From Eutreptiella sp. 'Long Island Sound 2002' (taxonomy: Eukaryota > Protista > Euglenida), in contig OZ038378.1 of the NCBI GenBank assembly GCA_964036045.1, positions 118,420,001 through 118,484,000 of the forward strand: a stretch of 64,000 nucleotides of DNA, in the 5' to 3' direction. Under the pieces are notes generated by a model. It searched no databases. It was not told where the DNA came from and saw only the letters and a list, made by a program, of their open reading frames with translations. Within the stretch, counting starts at the first letter, position 1. The number at the start of each line of letters is the position of its first letter. The position numbers and the translations under genes were made by a program. This document shows, piece by piece, positions 23,406 to 35,329 of this stretch.

Positions 23406-25092
23406 TGCGACCCCGTGGCTGGCCTACAATGCCAAGCATGGCATTCAGTTCCCGTTATGACCTCCCGTCACTCCCCGCCACCGTTAGGTCCCCTACATTC
23501 ACTACGTGTCACCTACGTTGACTACATGGCAGTTACCTTTACTGCATGTCACCCACAATATCTCAATGCGGTGCCCAGTACACCTTGGCCCACCGCCGTA
23601 CGGTAGCGGGCACTAGTGCACGTTTTTGTGTTGGGGTCGGTCTCCAGACGGGCCCTACCCTGAATTCTTGCTGTCGGGTTTGGCCCCGAGAGAGGCTCTA
23701 CCCTAAGTTTGTGCCGCAGTTCTCATTTAGGGGAGATGGCTCGGGCTGCCTCGCCAGGGCTCTGCCAGTGTACCCGTATCTCAATTTATGGTTTGACCCT
23801 GAAGGGATCCTGCCTGTCATTGCATATCAAAAACTGGTGAGACATGTGTAGCATCCTCGACCCCTGCGTGGCGGTCCTGGCGGGCTGCATGGGGAGACGA
23901 CCTCGGCCCGCCAACTGTGGCAGGGGCCCTGCCAGTGAGCCCACGTCCAACCCATGCATCTGGCGATTTGCTTTTTCCTCCTGTGCTCTCTCCCCCACCC
24001 TGCCATGCTTCTCCGTTTGAGGTCAGAGCGCGGGCCCGGATCAGCCACCACCAGCATTGAGCTGAGCGACTAGCCAGTCATTTCTGCGCCAACCCTCTGC
24101 TTCTTGCCCAGCACCCTGTGTCTCAGTGTCTCGGGCGACTCTCTGGCCTTGGTGGCTGTCGAGGGTTGCCGAGCAGAATTTTCGTTGGGAACGGGAGAGG
24201 GAAAAACGTTTGCGAGTCATTCATTTCTGCGCTGACCCTCCAACTCTGTCCCTCCACCCTGATTCATCAAGACCACCAAGCGCCTTGGGAAATGGTGTGT
24301 GCCAAGATGCGGAACGAGGTCAACTTATCCGGTGCTAAAGCCATTGTCATGGTGGTAAGTTGTGGCAAGACGGGATACAGCAGCTCTGCATGGGTATAGG
24401 CAGGCCTGTGTACCATGCCCATGCCTATGCCAGCTGGCCTCTACCTAGCCTCTGCCTTATTGAATCATTAGTTAGTATAGACAGTGAGCACGCGGACCCC
24501 GGTGCAGATCCTTACCGACGTCGTCGTTGCCGTCAGTGTTGTCGTCGGCATGTTCTGCGCGCGTCCCGGTGTGTCGCTGTGCTGCTGCGCAAACGTCCAC
24601 AGCACGTGTCGTCCTCAAGAGCAGAAGTCGTCATCCTCGTCAGCGTCGTCGACAACATCAGTCGTCGTTGTCGTCAGCGTTGCAGTCGTTGCTTGCTGCA
24701 GTTGTCAGTGTCGCCAGTGTGCTGCTGACGTGCCGTGCGTTGCCGTCTTCCTTCAGACTGGGGTCCTCAGCCCATACCCAGTTGCTCTGCTTGCGGCCGA
24801 CGCACCCTCTCTACCTGTGAGCCTCCCTCCTCTCCGTATGAAAAAAAAATGAAAGGAAGAAAACACCTGTCGTGGTTGCCCCCTTCCCCTCAGAGCTGAT
24901 CATCACTGCTGGCTTTGAGCTGATGTGGAGTCCCTACATCCCGTCTCTGCTGACATAATTCCGGGCCGGAGTGCGCTACAGGATTTTGTTTCTATGCAGT
25001 AATCCTGTCGGCGACGTCCGCTGCCTCCTACTAAGTAGATCTACCAGGTGCGCCCTCTTTCTGGCTCTACTTTCACCCCAGGGCGCTGCCTT

Positions 25093-25102
25093 AGGAGGGG
25101 AG
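25093..25102 (+). promoter_or_regulatory. Polypurine tract (plus-strand primer)
   Basis: AGGAGGGGAG directly abuts the TG of the right LTR. Confidence 0.85.
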
Positions 25103-25521
25103 TGTTAGCAATAGGCAGCAGAGTACAGACTTCGGCGATCGCGACTCATCTGCGAGGTCACTCGCGAGCGATAGGACTGACAACGTAATACAGACGACAT
25201 CAATACTCCAGAGTACAGACAGAATTACGACAGAGCACAGACAGAATTACGACAGAATAATGAATGATCATGAAAAAGCATGGTGATTGCATTTTACACT
25301 TCGTGTATGCATGTGTTCTGTAAAGTATTCTGAGACTGGACTTCTGTGTGTTGCACAGGGTCTTTGTGACCATGTTGACTTTGGATTCACGGACAAGTTC
25401 AACGATTACGGCGTGTATGAGCAGTACGTTGCTTTGAAGGCAAAGGTACAAGTGTGGGCTGGATTTTGAAACAAAGTTCACGTGTTTTGCAGCATGGGTC
25501 CTGTGCAGGAGCCTAGTGGCT
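25103..25521 (+). repeat. Right (3') LTR, truncated
   Basis: Starts TGTTAGC after the PPT. Homology to the left LTR stops after gcctagtggct (25521). Confidence 0.88.
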
Positions 25522-26600
25522 CCTCAGCCCAGCTCACCCCAACTTGTGCCTTCCCGGCCCGCCTCGTTGCCACTCCGTCGGCCGTGTCCAATAGGGACTA
25601 CAGAAAAGTGCCGACGCAGTGGGAGTACTGGCGCTTGGGAGCACAGATATCCTTGGCGAATAACCCCCGGCAGGCACGGAGCAGGTCATTACACAGCGTC
25701 GAGGACCCAGGCTTAGGGGGCTGAACCGCGTCGATGTATCCCTTGCCATTATGGAAGGACCACTGTTGGCCCCCGGGTGCCCTACAACACGCGGTGGGCC
25801 CCGCGCGCCTCCAGCACTTCCTAGGCAACGTACAACTCCGCTTGGTAACATCCATCCACGTGTACCGGGATGGGTATGCAGTACGTCTAGCTCCAGCCTG
25901 TTGCCGTATCTGCCAACACCAAGCCACCACTGACCGTCCTGTACAAAACCCGCCTTGTCCGGAATACCTTGCAGAGTAATGCCGTCCGAATCTGCTAAAG
26001 CACCAACTGCATGTACCGGGGCCACGGGGGGAGAGCTTCTGGTCCACAGAAACGTGACCAGTCCCGATAGCCTGCTGCCAGGGCCGCGTGGGCATCGTCT
26101 GCCTTGGTAGCGGTGCCTGCTGTTCCCAGGGGGTGCTTGGGCACCTCCATACCCACCCGCTACAGCCACACCGCGGGCAGCCTCCTCTAGTACGACCCCG
26201 ACGCCACATCCATCCAACAGTGCCTGTGGGCAGCGGTCACCGCCGCAGAGAAAGAGCCCTCCCGATCTGCCTGGGGTCTGCTGAGCAGCATACATACGGG
26301 TTAATGCCCGCGGCGGCCGCGGACAAGGTGTTCAAGCACCTCCACGTGGTGCATGAATCACTGGCGCGGATATCCATGAGCCAGGTGGACCGAAGGAAAC
26401 GATCATGGTGGGTGGGGTGGCAGTCACAGTCCGCCAGACCCTGTAGCACGCATGGCATGTCCAGGCTAAGCTGCCAGAGGGCGCACATGAGTCCCCACCT
26501 GGCGGACGATCGGGTGAGCTGGTTGGCCCCATGAAGACAACTACCACCTTCATGGCCCGGGAGGGACCCGCCGGCCCCTGAGATTGCTGTGAGGCTGGGC
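25522..26600 (-). pseudogene. Degenerate non-LTR ORF2 fragment containing RNase H
   Basis: Stitched frames ALADSDG..KAGFV / HVDGCYQAELYVA / SFHNGKGYIDAVQ / YSHCVGTFL*SLLDTADGVA fit the RNase H D-E-D-D layout. Confidence 0.55.
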
Positions 26601-26639
26601 CCGTGGCACTACCGTGGGCCCGGGCCCCTGACTCCATTT

Positions 26640-27810
26640 CCCCCCGGGACGTCTCTATCCCTCAAACGCCCCAGGCAGGACCAGGGGGACTCAGGTGTAT
26701 CCCCTTCTGTATGGGAGGGGCCAGGCCTTGCGCATACCTTGCTCTCCCACGGGGCATCCGTATCCCCCAAGCGGCCCAGCCAGGACCGGAGGGACTTAGG
26801 TGCATCCGCCTCTGTGTCGAAGTGGCCGGACCTGGTGTCTCTTCGTTGTCCGACGGCGCGTCTCTATCCCCCAAGCAGCCCGGGCAGGACCGGAGGGACT
26901 CGGGTGTATCCCGCACTGTGCGGGAATGGTTGAACCCTATGCCACCCTCGTTCTGCCAGGGGGCGTCCCTATCCCCCAAGCGGCCCAAACAGGACCGCAG
27001 GGACTCGGGTGTAACCCCCGCTGTGTGGGAGCGGACGGACCTTGTGTCTCTTCGTTCTCCCGCGGGCCGTCCCTATCCTGCAAGCGGCCAAGGCAGGACT
27101 GGAGTGACTCGGGTGTAGCTGCCCCTCTGTCGGAGTATCTCGGCCTTGTGCCGACCTTGTTCTCCCAAGGGCGTCCCTATGGCTCAAACCGCCCATGCAG
27201 GACTGCAGGGACTCGGGTGTATCCGCCACTATGTGGGAGTGGCTGGAAGATGTGTCTCCTCATTCCCCCATGGGGCGTCCCTAACCCTCAAGCAGCCCAG
27301 GCAAGACCGGAGGGACTCGGAGGTATCCGCTGCTGTGTGGGAGTGGCTGGGCACCGTGCATACCTTGTTCCTCCAAGGCATACCTATCCCCCAACGGCCC
27401 AGGCAGGACCACAGGGACTAGGCTGTATCCGCCGCTGTGTGGGGGGAAGGAGATGGAAACGCGCACGTGTTGCCACGAGGCGGCCCTATCCCCCAAGCGG
27501 CCAAAGTAAGACCGGAGAGACTGGGGTGTATCCCATGCTGTGTGGGAGTGGATGGGCCCCGTGCATACCTTGGTCTACCAAGGGGCTTCCCTATCCCCGA
27601 AACGGTCCAGGCAAGACCGAAGAAACTCGGGATTATCTGCCGCTATGTGAGGGGACGGAAATGGCAACGCGCAAGTGCTCCGACGGGGCACTGCTATCCC
27701 CCCAACAGCCCTGGCAGGACTAGAGGGACTCGGGTGCATCCACCGCTATGTGGCAGTGGCTCGGCCTTAACATACCTTGTCCTCCCTTGGGTCGTCCCTA
27801 TCCCCAGAGC
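26640..27810. repeat. ~104-bp tandem array, about 12 diverged copies
   Basis: tatcccc-aagcggcc-ggcaggacc-gagggactcgggtgtatcc anchors at ~26656, 26761, 26865, 26970, 27074, 27178, 27282, 27386, 27487, 27591, 27694, 27799. Confidence 0.9.
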
Positions 27811-28544
27811 GTCCGCCGGGAGCGGCGGTCTGCAGCGGCACGGGCCAACCGGTCAGGGGGAGAGGGGTCAGTGGGCCCCGCCCTGACGGTGGTGTTTGCC
27901 GAGACCCGACCTGCTTCACACAGCCCCTTCCATGGAGCCCCGGGCTGGGTCATCCAGTCTGAGCATCGTACAAACGCCTTGCCTCCGTGAGCTGTGCACG
28001 GGGGTGCCCTACACTCCCTACCCGTGTCCTAAGCAGCAGCGGGCGTGGTAGGCAGGCGGCACCGGGGGTCATAACCCCGGGGTAACAGTGGCTGGGACTC
28101 AACGTGAGTCCTCTTGACCAGAGCGCTGAGGCCCGCCGGGGCTTAACTCCTGAACAATACGGTCCTTAGGGCCCCCATGGGCAGTTTAGGCCTGCGGGGA
28201 CAGGGACAGGCGTGACCACCAGCACTCTCATCTGGCCCGTCATACCCAGACTCCGGGCTCCCCTCAATGCAGCAGTTGAGTCCGGCTATGGGGGGCACAC
28301 TCGCTTGGGCCTCGGGGAGGCCCCTTACCATTCAAGCATTATGTACCACAGTAGGCAGTAATTATTGCGTTAGTAACTGAGTACATTGCTACCCCGCAGA
28401 TGTGCCCCCTCTGGTGGTGCCCTCACCATTGGGGCTGCGGTTGGGGGATCCGCGGGTTTTATCGTTCCTCCAGTGTCTGAGGGGGGTGCCCTCTGGGTGG
28501 TCATCGAACATCCTTGGCCAAGGTTGCACGAGGCTGCAGCAGTG

Positions 28545-29560
28545 AAGTTGCAGAATTTTCAACACACACAATCTCTGTGTAGATCCGGTCAATTGGTATC
28601 CCATGGGATCCTGCGCTTTGTAGAGCCTAATACTCTGAAATTTGTAATACTACGGGTGATATTGGTCAATGTGCTGGATCGGGGCTCTGCAAAGCCCAGC
28701 ATGAACAAAAACGTGAATCAGGGGGGGGGGTTCAGTACGGGAAGAAACCTGTCTGGTAGAAATTAGTACGCCCAATTCTGGCTCAATTTTGCGAATCAGC
28801 TTTAACGATTGTGGGGAAAATTTTCCGATACTTTATTTAGGACATCAAGTTCAAAACTTGTACCCTGTGCTGGGGAGCTACGCCCGGGGTCAGCGGCAGG
28901 GCGCAATCAGTAATTTGGATGCCACTTGCAGTGTGGAGAACTGCCTGGACCTGAGCAGACTAGACGCTAGTCACACCTTTTCCTCAAGGAGTTTCCCCCT
29001 TAGTAAGAAGAGCCAATCTTAGGCCTTGCCCTTCACCATGGAAAGACGTGGTGCAAATTTTCCCCATCACTTTTAAGGATTGTGGCGGAATTTTTTCCCG
29101 GCGGAATTTTTCCGGGCAAACTTTTTCCTGTATTAAAATTTACCCCCCCTGTAGGGGGTGTCTGGGGGGGGGCGGACTACTGGGATATTTTCGGGCAAGG
29201 TGGCACTGTTCAACAGTAGTGAAGTTGCGGAAGTTCGGACAGGCACAGTGTCTTCTTGGATCCAGTGAATTGGCATCCCATCAGATCATGGGCTATGCAG
29301 AGCCCAGTACTCCTCAAATGGTAACAAGACGGGTCAGATTGGTCAACGTGCTGGATCTGGGCTCCCAAAAGCCCAGCACCAAGAAAATGGTGACTCAGGG
29401 ATGTCGAGGAGGGGGGTCGTTGGACATCATCACGCAACATTGCACCAATCAGCAGCACTGAAAGTGCCGAAGTTCCAACAGGCACAGCGTTCGTGTAGAT
29501 CCAGTCAATGTGCATTTCATGGGACACTCGGCTTTGCAGGGCCCAGCAAACTCAAATTGC
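28545..29560. repeat. Three dispersed diverged copies of a ~190-bp unit
   Basis: gtgaagttgc.gaa.ttc...gatcc.gtcaatt... at ~28545, 29215 and 29452 (partial). Confidence 0.7.
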
Positions 29561-30479
29561 TTGGTCTCATACTGAAACACTTCATCTCGGCGACACCTTT
29601 GCTTACCAACAGGGTGAGGGCCAAGAGGTCCCCGTGGGGCTACCTCAGAACCAGCCAGCTCACCCAACCACACACCCACTGACCCAGAATCCCCCTACCC
29701 CCCAAATAGGGGGGGGGGGGGGCAGTGTGCTGTCACAATCAGCTACTAACACAAAGACCCTGTGTATTTGCCAAAAACAGTTGTTGTGCTTCCGTCATTA
29801 TGCGATCTCTGAACAGCAGTACAGCTGAACTGGCAGGCACCCTAGTGGTATATCCCTGCACTGGCAAACAAGGGAGGCGTTGGTTTCAATCCCCACTGCC
29901 TACGGACCGGAAACGGTTCGCCACTTTTTACCATAGGGACCCGAAGCCTTTGCCAGTGTTTGACACCATTCTCTTAGTGCACATTCTGTTCTCATGCATC
30001 AACAAACGCTGTGGGATCATTCTCTCAGTACTCTGATGTGAAAATTGTGTTCTCCTGGACAAACAATGGCTGTAGCAAGAAGATGAAGGCACCTGGGTCA
30101 TTAGAGCCTGCACCAGACGACGGATGCACAGACACAAAAAAGCAGCAATGCAAATCATGTGCAACACAACGGCAAGTCTCGTTGATGGCTGCGAAGTATA
30201 CCATTTTTACTGTCCTTACTTTGATTCAGAGTCAGAGGTGTCAGAGGAGCAGGAACTGGAGGACGAGGGGCTTGATGTGACAGTGACCCTCTGTACAATG
30301 GTGTTTGCTTCCACTGAATGTGTTGCCAGTTTTTGAATGCCCTTTTTACCCTTTTGTTTTCCGCTTGTGGGGTGTCACACCCTTGTTGCTCCGCGCAAGC
30401 CAGAACCTGGCACGCTGAGCATTTTTTTGGACCATTTCACCTACCGCACTGTGATAATATTAGTGCCATCCCTACTCAG

Positions 30480-31900
30480 CCAATGCCAGAATCAGAAACT
30501 GCTCAAACAGGGAGGGGGGCAAAGAAAGGCGCCTACCTGAAAGGATCTAGGTCAGACGGTTGAACACGGCTTCAACCAGTGCATCAGTTTGGGTGAGGGC
30601 TAGCAAGATGCACATCATCACATGCATGGAAGGCAAAGCTCTTGGGTTAGACACTGTTTGTTTCCAAAATAGATCATTGTCAGGGAGTGGTTTCATTGCG
30701 GTACACCAGACCACCTTCACCTTGTCACACATTGCCAACAAACTATCCAAAGAAATGCCATCTGGTTCCAAAGGCAGTTTGTAAAAATTAAAAAAAGCAA
30801 TGAAGTCCTCAACCCCGACCTGGTCACCCTTGTGGGTTCTGTGTGGCGCGTTTTGGACATCCAAACACTTCAAATTCTTCGAATTCTAAGGGTTAGCCAG
30901 CCCATTCACCAATTGGCTGGGAGTGGCGTGATGCACTTCACACAAAAGGTCCGCCGCACACACATTCTGTGTGACACGCACATCATCAAATCTCGTTCCC
31001 TGGTCCCTTTTCTTTTTATTTTCCACACATCCCTTGGTGCTTTGGTCCCAATCTCGCAAGGTTATTTAACGCTTGTTAGGGCATCCTTTTTGCTTTTTTT
31101 TGGACCCTCCCTTAAGCACCCTGTGATATCTATGATGCCCCCAAAAAGTTCACTGGATTCGCGTGTAAACCACATTTGCTTCACCAAAGTCCATGCTGGG
31201 CAGGCATCATCTTTTTTTTTAACAGGTCCTTGATATGAGGTGACATGGCAGCATAATTGTACAACACGTGACCAATTGTAGCAGCCAATTACTCACATCA
31301 CTGGCGCCCGTTGATCACCTTCAGACTCTGTTTGTGCTGTGACTCTAGCTCCATTAGAATAGTCATCAACTCACCCTTCTGGAAGGCGTTAGTAACTGTC
31401 CACAGCACAGTTAGCGCATTGTTAATTTACTCCCTCACCCGCATACCATGGGCGACATCCTTTCAGAGGGTCCTCTCAGTCGATGGGAATAACAGAGGCT
31501 AATACCAAACAGAGGGGGACTGATGCTCTTTAGAGATTGTGGACCTCACGGCAACATTATAATCAAGACATTATGCATGGTGTTTCTGACCAAGGAGGAG
31601 CTGAAGGAGTACAAAAAAATAGAGAGAAGACCATTTTGGGCAAAGGTGCTTTGGCAGCGCATGCCAGATGCCACGGAGGAACGTTTTGGTGATCGCAACA
31701 CAACACCTCGCGCCCACAATTTTCTTCCTCACTGCATGCGCCCCCTGTGGCAAGGAACTGGTTGCGGCTGTCCCGGAACAAGGGTGCGGGCATATAGAAA
31801 AGGGTGTAACACACGAGAACAGGTAGCTCGCGCAAAACGTGGGTTCCGGCATCCAAAAGAAGAATAAAAAGCAGCTGTTCAACGCCCTGGCACACAGAGC
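30480..31900 (-). pseudogene. hAT-superfamily transposase remnant
   Basis: C-terminal dimerisation pattern FWKQ...LPSMHVMMCILLALTQTDALVEAVFNRLT*ILSGRRLSL (30480-30873). Upstream LPKHLCPKWSSLY resembles the TRWnS motif. Confidence 0.6.
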
Positions 31901-33149
31901 GCGTCATGCGCGGATATGTAATACGTACTCTTGAATTTCTGGTCGCAGACCCAGAATGGAACGCCTAGAACGCGTAACACGCGCAGCGCACAACGCTCGA
32001 AAGTCAGGGCAGGGGCAACCGCATGATACGTCTCTCAAATGAAAAACCTTCCAAATAACAACACTTTATGGATTCTTTTTTGACGAACAAAAAAGGTTGA
32101 TTCTGTTCTACGCGTGATAGAGGGCGGAACATATGGGGTCCAATGTGGGGCTTCAAGTAGTGAAGCTACTGTCCTTAAGCTGCACTGGAAAGATACATTG
32201 TGCATATATGGGCTATTTTATCTTATGCACAGGATTTCTGGTGTGGGATCAGAGATGGGCTCCACCTACAGATGACATTTACGACACAGAGTTTGGGGCA
32301 ATGAAGGCTGAGGGCATGGCTAGTGCGGACCTCCCGAGAAACCTTGCCTACAAGTTCCCTGGGCTAATGCATGCACGGTACCAAAAAGAGGGCTCAGAGT
32401 GCACATGGGCAAAGGAGATTTTGAAGCTGGTGGACCTTGTTATGCAGCATGCATGCTGCTTTGTTTCTTGGTTGTTGCAGTGCACCCAGATGAAGGTTGC
32501 TCATTGTTGCTGTGCTTCCTTGTGGGCATGTCTTGCCTCCTTAGCCGTGGCGATCCAACGGGCCAGCGCTGGCGGCTGTTGCTAATGCTAAAGCTCTGCA
32601 GTTACCATTGCCCCCAAAGCAGCCTCGACCGTTATCATCCGTTCTTTGGGTCCTCAGTCATGCTGTGGGAGCCACGCTGTCGAGCAAGGCAGGATCCGGC
32701 TGTTGGTGCGAGATGCCGGGTAGCTCCAGTGGACGGCATGATCGGTGGTTATGACTACACGTTGCGCTGGAACGTGCACCATGGAAGGTAAAAAAACGCA
32801 AAAAAAAATTGGGGACTTTGTGGGGGATTTTGGGAAACGCTGAAACTCCTCTTCCAAAAATAAGAAAACGCCCCAACCTACGAACCGCCCCAAAAAATAA
32901 GGACCATCTCGGGCCTTCCACAGAGCCGGCCATAAATAAGCACCACCTTGGACGCAAGCAAGACAAAAACGGGGAACACTGAAGGTTTTTTTGTGCATCA
33001 GTTACTTGCGGAAATAGGAGGTGCAGGTAGCTGGGCGCTTTGCTGCAGGCAGGTTGCAGACAGGACCAGGTTCAGGCACTGTGTGAGCCCTTGCAGCTAC
33101 CTTTTGCTGAACATCCTGCTCCACCTGAGACATTGGAACAAAGGTTTAA

Positions 33150-34200
33150 GAGGGCAGAACCCGCCGCTTGATGTCAGATGGGTCCGCTAAGTGATAGCCC
33201 ATCTTTTTGAAGACGTCATGTCGCTTGGCATTGCCAGCACTGATGGTTAAGCTGTGAGCGTATGCAACAATGCGTGTCACCAGCACCCGTCTGTCTGTTG
33301 CTGACAACGCTCCACCTCTGTGGCAAAAGTATTAGCAAAAACATCTTTGATCACGAGGTTGAAATCTGTGTCAAGGTACTGCCCTACAGTTGTTGTTGAT
33401 GTCTTCAAACTGGCACACAACGTGTTATCGAAGACGTTGCATTTGGCATTCGGGGTCCGATGCGGTTTGGCTGCATCCCCGAACACATCACCAAGAAATC
33501 CCTCCCACTCGGCATAAATGAGAGACATCAAATCTTCATCTACGACACCCCTGGGCTGGAAATACACAGACACATCAGGGTGGTATAGGGGTTTTTCATG
33601 TTTGAACACATTCCCTTCACCCTTGAAAATCACAATGCGCTTTGGCTGTTTTTCAATGGCAGTGCCATCCACATTTACCAGCATAAGCGGCGGGTATGCG
33701 AACATTCTCTTGGACTCGGCTGCGACATTGCTTTCGAATGCAATTGTTCACTCCGCCATCTCTCTTTTTGGTACGACCAACAGCTGCAGAAAGACGCCAT
33801 TGAAAATCACAGGGGCCTCATCAAATTTACCAACCACGCATACTGGCATCAAATGATGCATAGCCTGCACATATGTGTGAACCGCACGCATGCAAGCAAA
33901 GAAATCACCTTTTGAGTGATCGTTTTCTGGCGCACAATTCGCAGATTGTGCCGCCGGCGGAACCCCTTTTCTCAACTACGATCAAGCTTGGCAGTGATGC
34001 CCACTTTGGCCTTCACTTCTCGAACCTTTTTTGGCAGCACGGACGGGCGCGTTTTGTTTCCATTTGCAGTCTTCTGCCGCCATCATTCAACAACGGCGCT
34101 CTCCAGGCCATTGTGCGGCGGTCCCACTCACAGATGTTTAGCGTTGCAACGCCTTTTGTGCCTTACCAATCTCCACCAGCAGTTGCATGATGGTGGCCTT
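33150..34200 (-). pseudogene. pogo/Tigger-family transposase remnant (CENP-B-type HTH plus DDE_1)
   Basis: RS*EKGFRRRHNLRIVRQKT (HTH end); GKFDEAPVIF; VIFKG; VYFQPRGVVDEDLM; VFGDAAKPHRT; QYLDTDFNLVIK. Confidence 0.78.
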
Positions 34201-35329
34201 TTGTTTGACATGTCCTGACACTTGCTTCACACCACTGTTGCTGGACAGATGGAACTTCTGGACAGTGGCAGGCTCCAAAAACTATGCACCTCCAGGCAGA
34301 AGAGCATCTGCACCTTCAGTTTCCACAGGGTGCACAGCATCTGCACCTGCAGGTTCCGCAGCATCTGCAGGGACAATGGCGTCTGGAGAACTCACTCTCT
34401 GGAACGTCCACAATGAGTCGTGCCAGATCAGCCTCCGCAGGATTAACCATCTGCTCAATCATCTCCATATCCGAGTGGTCAGATGTGTCTGATTTTTCAG
34501 GTCAATGGAGTCCGCACACTGCAAGCCATCGAAAATGTCCAATTTTTCGGAAGGCAGGAAGAGGTGTCAAACGCAATAGGAACTGCCCCCAAAAATTAGA
34601 AGTCCCCCTGCTGCTGTTACCAACTGGGTCAAAAGTAAGAAACAGTTCCCTTTCTTCAGGGCGCGGGGTTAGCACGTATGGTAACCAAATATGACTCGTA
34701 TGAAACGGTACATTTCAGAAGTCGGCACCAAAGCTTCTTCACAGCTACCTGGAGACGGTTGGCTGGAAGGTCCATAGAACCTTCCAAGCGACATTGGCTG
34801 CGTTTTGGGTCCCGAGCTGCCTGCCAAAACTTCCAAGCATTTTTCCGGGTAACTTTCAAAACGTCCAAGCGATTTTCTATTGAAATGTGCTACATTGAGA
34901 GGGGGCAATGTTGTCCGCCCATACCACCCATATACCTGACCTCAGCAAACGAACATGCAAAAAAGAAAGAAATACTGGTCCTGAATCGGAACAGTGAATC
35001 CATATGCAAAGATACATTGTTGCCAATGATCATGCTGAAAAAGATTGAAATACCTGTCCTTAGTTGCCCTTAATTGGAACTGTGAATGCTGTACTCCCCT
35101 TCACTGAGCATATGCACAGGACAACAATCACTTTACATGACCTCCACATCCAAGTCCCTCTCCCCTACTTTGTACAGCCGTGCGCCCATATTTCTTGGGT
35201 TGCGGTTGAGGTTCAGGGCCGTCATGAGATGTTAATGGAAAATATGACCCTGCGGCATTTCCTGTAGGGCAACCAGTCACGTACACATCATCATTCTTGG
35301 AAGCATCGTTCTCAGGACCGCACAAACCC

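Larger units (their letters stand above)
4267..25521 (+). mobile_element. Ty3/Gypsy (chromovirus-like) LTR retrotransposon with N6-adenine methyltransferase domain, degenerate, containing a nested LINE
   Basis: Two direct repeats starting TGTTAGC; PPT immediately before the second; domain order gag-(MT)-RT-RH-IN-chromodomain, with IN after RT/RH as in Gypsy. Pairing of the left LTR with this internal region is inferred. Confidence 0.85.

Noticed and set aside
4267-25521. DIRS element, suggested by the MT domain
   Set aside because: No tyrosine recombinase seen. The element has a DDE integrase, direct LTRs and a PPT.
26640-27810. CRISPR-like arrays (also 39700-40550 and 61080-61870)
   Set aside because: Whole units are homologous, with no unique spacers and no cas genes; the context is eukaryotic.
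28215-28240. Hammerhead ribozyme core on - (CAGAUGAG)
   Set aside because: The core is not CUGAUGAG and no GAAA follows the putative stem II.
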